A stretch of DNA of 64,000 nucleotides, taken from assembly GCA_031265685.1 (NCBI GenBank), contig JAISCI010000073.1, positions 8,915 to 72,914 of the forward strand, given 5' to 3'. Made by a program: the position numbers and the translations under genes. This stretch comes from Clostridiales bacterium (lineage in GTDB: Bacteria; Bacillota; Clostridia; Lachnospirales; WRAX01). Below, in pieces: positions 37,019 to 45,129 of this stretch (position 1 is the stretch's first letter; every line of letters begins with the position of its first letter). The notes below the pieces were generated by a model. It had not been told where the DNA came from. It searched no databases and saw only the letters and a program-made list of their open reading frames with translations.

Positions 37019-37913
37019 CACGAGCGTTAGTCTGGCGGGCGTTACGTTTAAGAATCCCGTCATAACCGCTTCGGGGACGTTCGCTAGCGGCCGCGAGTAT
37101 GCCGAGCTGACCGATTTGTCCCGTCTGGGCGGCATAACTACAAAGGGCGTATCCATGGAGCCGTGGCCGGGCAACCCGCCGCCGCGCGTCGCCGAGACGT
37201 ACGGCGGTACGCTGAATTCCGTCGGACTGCAAAACCCCGGAGTGGAACGGTTTCTGGCGGAAGACGCGCCTTTTCTGCGCGGGTGCGGGGCGCGGGTTAT
37301 CGTCAACATCTGCGGGCATACCGTGGATGAATACGCCGCCGTGGCCGAGGCGCTTGCGGATTCGGGCGCGGACATGCTCGAGCTGAACATCTCCTGCCCG
37401 AACGTGAAGCGCGGCGGCATCGCGTTCGGAACCGACCCGGAGCGAGTGCGCGAGGTTACGGAAGCCGTCCGGAAGAAGGCGCGTCAGCCGCTGATCGTCA
37501 AGCTTAGCCCGAATGTGACGGACATAACCGAAATAGCCCGCGCGGCGGAAGACGGCGGCGCGGACGCGCTCTCGCTGATAAACACGCTGCTCGGCATGAA
37601 GATCGACATACGCCGCCGCCGCCCCGTCCTGGCGAACGCCGTGGGAGGGCTGTCCGGACCGGCGATCATGCCCGTCGCCGTGCGCATGGTTTGGGCGGTC
37701 GCGAAGGCCGCGCGCGTGCCGGTCGTCGGCATGGGCGGCATAATGACGGCGCGTGACGCGATCGAGTTCATCATGGCGGGCGCCGCGGCCATAGCCGTCG
37801 GAACCGCGACGTTCCGCGACCCTAACGCGGCGGTATCCATCGCGGAGGGAATTGAGCGATTCATGGATGAAAACGGCATAAACAGCTTGAGTGAGATAAG
37901 GGGAATAGTATGA
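37005..37913 (+). CDS. pyrD: Dihydroorotate dehydrogenase B catalytic subunit
   Basis: GTG 37005 (or TTG 37011) overlapping the pyrK end. LAGVTFKNPVITASGTF, NSVGLQNPG, ELNISCPN, and GGLSGPAI motifs. Confidence 0.85.
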   Translation: MPLADTSVSLAGVTFKNPVITASGTFASGREYAELTDLSRLGGITTKGVSMEPWPGNPPPRVAETYGGTLNSVGLQNPGVERFLAEDAPFLRGCGARVIVNICGHTVDEYAAVAEALADSGADMLELNISCPNVKRGGIAFGTDPERVREVTEAVRKKARQPLIVKLSPNVTDITEIARAAEDGGADALSLINTLLGMKIDIRRRRPVLANAVGGLSGPAIMPVAVRMVWAVAKAARVPVVGMGGIMTARDAIEFIMAGAAAIAVGTATFRDPNAAVSIAEGIERFMDENGINSLSEIRGIV

Positions 37914-38497
37914 TCGGCAAAGATCGCGCGGAATGGATACTTACGGAATCCGGGGCGCTGCTGACCGGGCATTTTATACTGACAAGCGGCAGACACGCGC
38001 GGCAATACATGCAGTGCGCTAAGGTTCTCCGCCGCCCGGATTTCGCCGGGGAGCTATGCTCCGCGCTGGCCGAGGCGTTTGGGGGCGACGGCGTAGAGCT
38101 GGTCGCCGCGCCGGCCATGGGCGGTATAATCGTCGGCTACGAGATCGCGCGTCAGCTGGGCGTGCCGAGCGTATTCGCCGAGCGCGAGAACGGCGTCATG
38201 ACTTTCAGGCGCGGTTTCGCCGTGGAACCTGGTCAGCGGGTGCTCGTCGCCGAGGACGTGATCACGACGGGCGGCAGCGTCCGCGAGGTTATCGCGCTTG
38301 TCGAGGCCGCCGGAGGTATCGTCGCAGGGGTCGCGGTCCTTGTGGACAGATCGGGCGGGGCGGTCGGGTTCGGCGTAAAAAAAACGGCGGCCTATACCGC
38401 CGTCATCGAGTCGTTCGAGCCGGAGAGCTGTCCGCTGTGCGCGGCAGGCGCGGCACCGGCCGTAAAGCCGGGGAGCCGGACTTCTCCCCAAAAATGA
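37910..38497 (+). CDS. pyrE: Orotate phosphoribosyltransferase
   Basis: 195 aa. GHFILTSGRHARQY, PRTase motif VLVAEDVITTGGSVRE, and C-terminal CPLC..G.P..KPGSR. Confidence 0.9.
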   Translation: MIGKDRAEWILTESGALLTGHFILTSGRHARQYMQCAKVLRRPDFAGELCSALAEAFGGDGVELVAAPAMGGIIVGYEIARQLGVPSVFAERENGVMTFRRGFAVEPGQRVLVAEDVITTGGSVREVIALVEAAGGIVAGVAVLVDRSGGAVGFGVKKTAAYTAVIESFEPESCPLCAAGAAPAVKPGSRTSPQK

Positions 38498-39515
38498 AGT
38501 ACAGGATCACCGCCGCGACCTCGAACATACCGAGCAGCCCGAACAGCGGGTATACCCGCCCGACAAGCTCCGAGAAGCCTGTATGCGCGGCCGCGGCGCA
38601 TACCAGCGTGACGCCCAGCTTGACGGCGGTTTTTTTCGCACCCCATCGCGCGCATATCCAGTCCACTACGGCGAAGCCGTTGGCGACGGCGCTCGTCATA
38701 ATCGCCGCGACGAGGACAAAGACGTACACGCCCTCGATCAGTCTGCCGTGGCGACGGGCGATCAGCATCATAGGAATCTCCACGCGTTCGTACAATCCGG
38801 CGTTAAGATAGAGCGGCAAGGCGAAGCAGAAGCCGAGCGCTGTCAGGAACAGCCCACCGCAAAGGCCGGCGAGCTTCGCGGTTTTTCTGTTATTTACCAT
38901 ACCGCGCATACCCGACAGCACGGTTATCGCCGTCACGACGTTGTACGAAGCGTACGTGAGTGCCGAATAGACCCAGTCCCCTCCGATGGCGCTCCGGACG
39001 CCGGCGAACGCGGGCTGGGCGTCCGTAAAGAACGCGTACAGCCCGAAGAACACGCCTCCGGCCATGAGAATCGGCGCCAGAAAGGCGTTAAGCGCCAAAA
39101 GCCCTCTGGCGCCCGTCAGGAAGATTACGAAGCAGACGGCGGCCAGCGCCAGTACTCCCACCGAAAACGGAAGCCCGAACGCTTCCCGCCCCATAGCCCC
39201 AGCGCCCGCCAGCATCGCGCAGAACAGCACGCCGATAAAGAGCGTCGAGGCGGCGCTCACAGCCTTGCCGAGCCGTTCGCCGAATACGGCGCGCGCGAAC
39301 CCGTCCCAGCCGTCCAGCCGGAGCCTTGCGGAAATATCCAGAACCGCCCAGCCCGACAGCGCGAAAACAACGCCGGCGACAGACAGCCCGACGTATCCGG
39401 CGTCACCGTGCCGCACGAAGAAGCGGATTATCTCCTGCCCCGAGGCGAATCCCGCGCCGAGTACGACAGCGGTGTATATCCCGGCGGCGTTCAGAGCGTT
39501 TTTGACGTCGTTCAT
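38403..39515 (-). CDS. YkvI-family membrane protein (putative transporter)
   Basis: 370 aa with about 10-11 predicted TM segments. N-terminus AVVLGAGFASGQEIIRFF is typical of the YkvI family. The last ~31 codons run antisense to the pyrE 3-prime end. Confidence 0.6.
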   Translation of the reverse strand: MNDVKNALNAAGIYTAVVLGAGFASGQEIIRFFVRHGDAGYVGLSVAGVVFALSGWAVLDISARLRLDGWDGFARAVFGERLGKAVSAASTLFIGVLFCAMLAGAGAMGREAFGLPFSVGVLALAAVCFVIFLTGARGLLALNAFLAPILMAGGVFFGLYAFFTDAQPAFAGVRSAIGGDWVYSALTYASYNVVTAITVLSGMRGMVNNRKTAKLAGLCGGLFLTALGFCFALPLYLNAGLYERVEIPMMLIARRHGRLIEGVYVFVLVAAIMTSAVANGFAVVDWICARWGAKKTAVKLGVTLVCAAAAHTGFSELVGRVYPLFGLLGMFEVAAVILYFIFGEKSGSPALRPVPRLPRTADSSPARTTR

Positions 39516-39541
39516 ATCGTCGCCCCTTGCGCGGCGGGGGC

Positions 39542-39570
39542 GCGCTCTCGCCGCCCCCGCCCAAATATCA
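39542..39570 (-). other. GC-rich hairpin between spoIVA and the YkvI-like gene
   Basis: GGCGGGGGCG (39542-51) / CGCCCCCGCC (39561-70) with a 9-nt loop and no T-run. It may act as an RNA stabiliser or weak terminator. Confidence 0.3.
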
Positions 39571-39576
39571 GAGTAT

Positions 39577-41055
39577 TCAGAGTATAATGCAGATAAGGCC
39601 CCGGCTGCCCTCGTTGATGATCTTCTGGATGGCCTCCTGCAGCTTCATCTGCGAATCCTCGGGCATACGGTACAGCTTGCCCTGTATCCCCTCGCGAACC
39701 ATTTCGGACATGGACTTGCCGAACATGTTGAGCTGCCAGATCTTCTCGGGGTCGCCCTCCATCTCCCGCGTGAGATTGTCAACCAGTTCCTGGCTCTGCT
39801 TCTCCGTGCCGACTATCGGCGATATTTCCGTCTCTATATCCGCGCGGATCATATGTATCGCCGGCGCGGACGCTTTCAGCCGCACGCCGTATTTCGAGCC
39901 GTGTCGCACGAGCGCCGGCGCGTCCAGCCGCATCTCCTCCATCACCGGGGTTACTATGCCGTAGCCCTTGCGATTCACGTCTTCGAGCGCGGCTTTCACC
40001 TTGTCGTGTTCGCGCTTGGCCTCGGCCAGCACCTTGATTGTCGATATAAGCTGATATTCGCCGCCGATGTCCATACCGGTCGTTTCGGACAGCACCTTAT
40101 AGAACAGGTCGTCGGCGACAGAAGCCTCGATGAGCGCCGACCCGGTGCCCAGGTCGATCCGGTCCAGGAAGGCTTTCTTTATATGTTCGCTCGCCTCGAG
40201 CGACTCGGCCGCGTCCTTTATTCCGCGCAGTTTGCCGACGCACTTCGCGATCTCCTTGACGCACGCGACGATGGACGACTTGAGCCAGTGATCCATGCCC
40301 AGCGTCTCGATCCATTTCGGGGTGTTGATTCGGATCTCGCGCACGGGGAATTCGTACAGCACGCCCTCGAGTATCTGGGTTATGTCCTCGGGCTTGAGCT
40401 GAGCGGCGTTGACGGCGATGGCGGGTACCGCGTACTTCTCGGAAAGCTCCGCCTTAAGCGTGTCGGTCTCGGCGGCGTATGGCCGCGACGTGTTGATCAG
40501 GACGACGAACGGCTTGTTGATCGCCTGCAGCTCGGACACGACGCGTTCCTCGGCGTCGATATAATCGGCGCGGGGGATGTCCGTGACGCTGCCGTCCGTG
40601 GTCACGACGACGCCTATGGTCGAATGCTCGTTGATGACTTTCTTGGTGCCGTACTCCGCGGCCTCGGCGAAGGGAATCTTATCCTCAAACCAGGGAGTGT
40701 TGATCAGGCGCGGTTCGTCTTCATCGAGATAGCCGCTGGCCGACGGCACGATGTAGCCCACGCAGTCGATAAGGCGGACTTTGGCGTTCGTCGTGTCGTT
40801 CAGCTTGATCTCGGCGGCTTCGTTCGGGACGAATTTAGGTTCGGTAGTCATGATCGCCTTCCCGGTTCCGGACTGGGGCAGTTCGTCGCGGGCGCGCTCA
40901 CGGTTATGGGCGTTGTCGATATTAGGAATTACCAGAAGATCCATAAAGCGCTTGATAAACGTGGATTTCCCCGTCCTGACGGGGCCGACCACCCCGATAT
41001 AGATATCGCCGCCGGTGCGCTCGGCAATATCTCTGTAAACGTCATAGTCTTGCAT
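39577..41055 (-). CDS. spoIVA: Stage IV sporulation protein A
   Basis: 492 aa. MQDYDVYRDIAERTGGDIYIGVVGPVRTGKSTFIKRFM (Walker A) and full-length similarity to the SpoIVA architecture. Confidence 0.95.
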   Translation of the reverse strand: MQDYDVYRDIAERTGGDIYIGVVGPVRTGKSTFIKRFMDLLVIPNIDNAHNRERARDELPQSGTGKAIMTTEPKFVPNEAAEIKLNDTTNAKVRLIDCVGYIVPSASGYLDEDEPRLINTPWFEDKIPFAEAAEYGTKKVINEHSTIGVVVTTDGSVTDIPRADYIDAEERVVSELQAINKPFVVLINTSRPYAAETDTLKAELSEKYAVPAIAVNAAQLKPEDITQILEGVLYEFPVREIRINTPKWIETLGMDHWLKSSIVACVKEIAKCVGKLRGIKDAAESLEASEHIKKAFLDRIDLGTGSALIEASVADDLFYKVLSETTGMDIGGEYQLISTIKVLAEAKREHDKVKAALEDVNRKGYGIVTPVMEEMRLDAPALVRHGSKYGVRLKASAPAIHMIRADIETEISPIVGTEKQSQELVDNLTREMEGDPEKIWQLNMFGKSMSEMVREGIQGKLYRMPEDSQMKLQEAIQKIINEGSRGLICIIL

Positions 41056-41085
41056 GATGAACCCCCTCGGTTTGTAAACGGCTTA

Positions 41086-41125
41086 TACTAATCCCATTTA
41101 TCCGTCTTTTGAAATGGGATTAGGC
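41086..41125. mobile_element. Mini copy (termini only) of the nested-palindrome family in the spoIVA upstream region
   Basis: TA|CTAATCCCATTT (41088-99), a 12-nt loop, then AAATGGGATTAG (41112-23). This is a perfect 12-bp inverted repeat, 33 nt upstream of the spoIVA ATG. Confidence 0.7.
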
Positions 41126-41238
41126 TTAGTCTTATTCAATGATATATATGCGGCGGTGGTGGGGATTATCCCATTTGACGGGGAATCGGAAATGCGGTAA
41201 AAACGGCCCGCCCTTATAATGGGCCGGCCGTCGTGTCC

Positions 41239-42918
41239 TCACAATCCCTTCAGAAACTTCATGCCGTCGTCCGCGCCGCTCACTCCGCCAAGCCCCGCGT
41301 CCACCGCTGCCGAGACTTCCTTGCGGGATGTTCGCCGGATGATCTCTTTGACGGTGGGTATCGCTCCGCCCGACACGCTCAATTCGGTTATGCCGCAGCC
41401 GATGAGAAATTTTGTCATCAGGGGGTCGGCGGCGGTCTCCCCGCAGACGCCGCACGGTATGCCGCGCTTCTCGGCGGAACGCGCCGCGCGCCGTATAAGC
41501 CGCAGCACCGCCGGATCGTAAGCGCTGCAGAGCCGCGCCGTGTTCCGGTTGCCGCGGTCGGCGGCCATTGTGTACTGTGTCAGGTCGTTAGTGCCTATGC
41601 TGAAAAAGTCGGCTTCCTGGGCGAAGTGATCGGCGAGAACCGCCGCCGCCGGGGTTTCGACCATTATGCCCACGGGCGGGCATGAACCCGACGCCTCCCG
41701 CGGCAGGTCCGCCCGGACCGACTCGATAAGCGCCTTAGCGCGGCGCAGTTCCGATACCGCGGATATCATCGGCAGCATAATCCGGATGTTCCCGTAAACC
41801 GACGCGCGCAGGATCGCGCGGAGCTGGACCGTGAACAGCTCCGGTCTGTCCAGGCAATAGCGTATCGCGCGCCATCCGAGGAACGGGTTATCCTCCCGCT
41901 CAATGCCGAGGTACGGCACGGCCTTGTCGCCGCCGGCGTCCAGCGTTCGGATTATGACGGACTTCCCGGCGAACGCGAGAGCCGCTTTTTTGTATACGGC
42001 GAACTGTTCTTCCTCGGTCGGCGCCGACTGGCGGTTCATGTACAGGAACTCGGTGCGGAACAGCCCTACGCCGTCCGCGCCGGATCCGGAGGCAGGTTCT
42101 ATGTCCGATTCCAGCCCGATGTTGACGCAAAGCTCCAGCGCGAAACCGTCCGTCGTGACGGCGGGCAGGTGACGGCAACGCTCCAGTTCCGCCTTTCGGC
42201 GCGCGCGTTTTTCTATCTCCCCGCGGCAACGCTCCAGAACGTCCTCGGGCGGATCGACGATGATCTCCCCCGACGCTCCGTCCACGACGACGAGCGGCGA
42301 CCCATCCGGCAGATCGGAGACCTGAACGCCCGAAACGGCGGGTATCCCCAACGAGCGCGCTATGATCGCCGTGTGCGACGTTTTGCCGCCTGTTTCGGCG
42401 ACAATGGCGCAAACCATCGCCGGGTCGATCGACGCCGCGACGGACGTGGTAAGCTCGCGAGCGGCCAGAACAGTACCCTCCGGCAAGCCGCCCGTGTCAA
42501 ATAACGTCCTGCCAGCCAGCACCCGCAGCAGGTTCGACTTAATGTCGCGCAGGTCGGAAGCCCGCGCCGCCAGCAGCGCGTCGCCCATAGACAGGAAGAG
42601 TTCGGCGTACCTGTCTATGACTGTCGCGGCGGCGAATTCGGCGGAACAGTTCTCCGAGGCTATCATGCCGTCCATCTCGGACGTCATGACAGGATCCGAC
42701 AGCAGCATGGCGTGGCTCTCCAAGATATCGCCGCGCTCGCCGCCTTGAGCGGAGGCCTTCTCGGTCAGCAGCGCCGTAAGGCGGGCCAGCGCTCCGGCCA
42801 TTCTTTCGCGCTCGTCCGGCCGGGCGGAACCGCGCTCCACGCGCGTCTCGCCGTCCGGCAATACGACCAGCTTTCCGACGGCGATACCGTCGGAAACGCC
42901 CGTGCCTTTCAATACCAT
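41239..42918 (-). CDS. ptsI: PTS Enzyme I (phosphoenolpyruvate-protein phosphotransferase)
   Basis: Start trimmed to ATG 42918 (MVLKGTGVSDGIAVG). Active-site His region GGKTSHTAIIARSLGIPAV, and C-terminal FFSIGTNDLTQY. Confidence 0.9.
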   Translation of the reverse strand: MVLKGTGVSDGIAVGKLVVLPDGETRVERGSARPDERERMAGALARLTALLTEKASAQGGERGDILESHAMLLSDPVMTSEMDGMIASENCSAEFAAATVIDRYAELFLSMGDALLAARASDLRDIKSNLLRVLAGRTLFDTGGLPEGTVLAARELTTSVAASIDPAMVCAIVAETGGKTSHTAIIARSLGIPAVSGVQVSDLPDGSPLVVVDGASGEIIVDPPEDVLERCRGEIEKRARRKAELERCRHLPAVTTDGFALELCVNIGLESDIEPASGSGADGVGLFRTEFLYMNRQSAPTEEEQFAVYKKAALAFAGKSVIIRTLDAGGDKAVPYLGIEREDNPFLGWRAIRYCLDRPELFTVQLRAILRASVYGNIRIMLPMISAVSELRRAKALIESVRADLPREASGSCPPVGIMVETPAAAVLADHFAQEADFFSIGTNDLTQYTMAADRGNRNTARLCSAYDPAVLRLIRRAARSAEKRGIPCGVCGETAADPLMTKFLIGCGITELSVSGGAIPTVKEIIRRTSRKEVSAAVDAGLGGVSGADDGMKFLKGL

Positions 42919-42943
42919 TACATCCCCCAATTCTATCGCGTTT

Positions 42944-43210
42944 TTACAGCTCTCCCAGGCCGCTCTCGACAGCCACGGCCACGGCGGCCATGCAGGCTTC
43001 CTCATCGTCGCCGCTGACGCGCAGGATTATTTTGTCGCCGCGTTTGACGGCGGCGCTGAGGATTCCTAGCATACTCCGCGCGTTGTACTCGTTTCCGCGA
43101 ATCTCAAAGCGAACGTCGGACTTGAACGGCAGTATCGCCTTCGCGAATACGCCCGCGGGACGCATGTGCAGTCCGGACGGGTTCTTGATAGTAAGACCGC
43201 GCTCTTGCAT
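42944..43210 (-). CDS. ptsH: Phosphocarrier protein HPr
   Basis: 88 aa. His-15 region NPSGLHMRPA and a Ser-46-like region ARSMLGILS. Confidence 0.9.
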   Translation of the reverse strand: MQERGLTIKNPSGLHMRPAGVFAKAILPFKSDVRFEIRGNEYNARSMLGILSAAVKRGDKIILRVSGDDEEACMAAVAVAVESGLGEL

Positions 43211-43241
43211 TGCCGCCTCTCCTCTCTATAAACCAGTGTCA

Positions 43242-43450
43242 TACTAATCTCCATTTAAGGAATAGAAAAAATTTTTCAAGTCTGCGCCTGAACCAAGGTA
43301 ATTTTCGCGTGACAGAATTTTGCGTGAATTGAAGCATTATCGTGTGGTTCAAACGATAATGCGATGCAAAATTCGTCCGTGCGAAAATTCATTACGCGGA
43401 CGCGCTTCCGCTTTGAAAAATCTTTTCTACCAGTCTAACAGAGATTAGTA
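43242..43450. mobile_element. Full-length (205-bp core) nested-palindrome MITE-like element flanked by TA/TA
   Basis: The core 43244-43448 begins CTAATCTCCATTTAAGG.. and ends ..CAGTCTAACAGAGATTAG. It contains nested inverted repeats AATTTTCGC/GCGAAAATT, GAATTTTGC (43315-23)/GCAAAATTC (43366-74) and GCATTATCG (43334-42)/CGATAATGC (43354-62). There is no ORF. TA dinucleotides sit at 43242-43 and 43449-50. Confidence 0.8.
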
Positions 43451-44158
43451 TCAATCGCAGTACATTATTGTTGCGTGCCGGTGAAACTGCAGTACCGAAG
43501 CCGGCGCCATCGGCGTAACCGGTTCCTCGATCATCCTGCGCAGCGCCTCTTTCTTGTCCTCGCCGCACGCGATCAGCAATATGCCGCGCGCTTGCATAAT
43601 CGTGTTGATGCCCATGCTTATAGCTTTCTTCGGCATCTCCTCGCCTTTCGCGAAGAACCGCGCGTTGGCCTCCAGCGTGTCTTCCGTCAGATCGACAAGA
43701 TACGTCTCGCGCGCGAAGCTGTCCGACGGCTCATTGAAGCCGATGTGCCCGTTGCGGCCAATGCCGAGCAGCTGCAGATCTATGCCCCCCGCCTTCCGGA
43801 TCGCTTTCTCATACCGCGCGCACTCCGCCGCCGCGTCGTCCGTCGAGCCGTCCGGGATGTGAATGTTCTCTTCTTTTATATTGACGTACTGGAACAGCTT
43901 TTCGCGCATATAGTACCGGTAGCTGCGGGGGTGGAACGGCGGCAGGCCGTAATACTCGTCCAGATTAAACGTCGTTATGTCGGCAAAGTCGATTACCCCG
44001 CCGATGCGGAGCGCGGCCAGCTCGGCGTAGACGCCTTCCGGCGTCGATCCCGTCGCGAGACCCAGCGTGCTCCTTGGGTTGTGTATCATCTGCGCCGCGA
44101 TGAATATGGCGGCTTTTTTGCTCAAGTCCTGATACCCCGACGTTTTTATTATTTTCAA
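43451..44158 (-). CDS. nagB: Glucosamine-6-phosphate deaminase
   Basis: 235 aa. TTG start after AAGGGGG. LGLATGSTP, GIGRNGHIGFNEP, and ISMGI motifs. Confidence 0.9.
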   Translation of the reverse strand: MKIIKTSGYQDLSKKAAIFIAAQMIHNPRSTLGLATGSTPEGVYAELAALRIGGVIDFADITTFNLDEYYGLPPFHPRSYRYYMREKLFQYVNIKEENIHIPDGSTDDAAAECARYEKAIRKAGGIDLQLLGIGRNGHIGFNEPSDSFARETYLVDLTEDTLEANARFFAKGEEMPKKAISMGINTIMQARGILLIACGEDKKEALRRMIEEPVTPMAPASVLQFHRHATIMYCD

Positions 44159-45091
44159 TTATACCGCCCCCTTCCCTTTGCGGCACAGGCGTATCGCGCC
44201 CCAAACGGGTTCCCGTTTGATCTCCGCTACGCTTACGCGCGGATAGACGGCGCTTACGCGCGCGGCGAACATCGCCAGCAGCGTTGGGTTGTTCTGTATG
44301 CTGCCGCCGCTGACCGCGACGCTCAGATCGTCCTGCCCAAGCTTTTTAAGGATAGCGTCCGTGAGCGCGAACAGCTCCTCGGCGGCTTCCTCGAGTATCT
44401 CGCGGCAAACGGCGTCGCCCGCTTCGGCGCCTTCCTGAACCATGACGCAAAACTCCGCTATCTCGGGCTTGCCGATGCCTCCGTCTCCGTAAAGGGGTTC
44501 GATGGCGTCCGGCAGGTTGGACACGCCGAGTTTATCCATGACCTTCCCCGTGAGGACGGTCTGGCGGCCGCGCCCGTCGTAGGCCAGAAACGCGCGGCGG
44601 ATCGCCTCCTTGCCGATCCAGTACCCGGAGCCGCCGTCGTCGAGGATGTGCCCCCAGCCGCCGCACCGCGCGATTGTGCCGTCCGCGCCGGCGCCATACG
44701 CGATGGAACCCGTTCCCGAGATGATTATAACGCCCGGGCCTCCGTCCGTCGCGGCGGCCAGCGCCAGAAGGCTGTCGTTGACGGCGGCGACGGGGCAGGC
44801 GAAACCGGACTCGCGCACGAGGCTCTCCATCTGCCCGCAAGCCGCAGGAAAGTCCAGCCCGGCGCTGCCGACGCATACGCCGAGACATCCCTCGGGCGAA
44901 AGCCCGCCTTCCGCGAACATCCGCGCGAACAGCGAACGCAGTGTTTCGCGCACCTCGGAAACCTGGTTCGACGCCAGGTTGGTGCTGCCGCCGTACAGTA
45001 CAGCCACAGGCTCCTCGTTCTTATCGACCGCGAGCAGCCGGCTCTTCGTGCCGCCGCCGTCGATGCCGACGTAATACTCCATATGCCGCAT
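44159..45091 (-). CDS. N-acetylglucosamine kinase (BadF/BadG/BcrA/BcrD ATPase family)
   Basis: 310 aa. YVGIDGGGTKSRL phosphate-1 motif, ISGTGSIAYG, and GGWGHILDDGGSGYWIG. Confidence 0.75.
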   Translation of the reverse strand: MRHMEYYVGIDGGGTKSRLLAVDKNEEPVAVLYGGSTNLASNQVSEVRETLRSLFARMFAEGGLSPEGCLGVCVGSAGLDFPAACGQMESLVRESGFACPVAAVNDSLLALAAATDGGPGVIIISGTGSIAYGAGADGTIARCGGWGHILDDGGSGYWIGKEAIRRAFLAYDGRGRQTVLTGKVMDKLGVSNLPDAIEPLYGDGGIGKPEIAEFCVMVQEGAEAGDAVCREILEEAAEELFALTDAILKKLGQDDLSVAVSGGSIQNNPTLLAMFAARVSAVYPRVSVAEIKREPVWGAIRLCRKGKGAV

Positions 45092-45129
45092 ACAGCAAAC
45101 CCTTTCGGAATTTTCAAAATTTACGAGAT

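Noticed and set aside
41056-41238. Explicit sigma-E/sigma-K promoter calls for spoIVA and for the 53892 gene
   Set aside because: Only partial matches to CATACA-T / CATA---TA boxes were seen, without convincing -35 elements at the right spacing. This is not enough to annotate.
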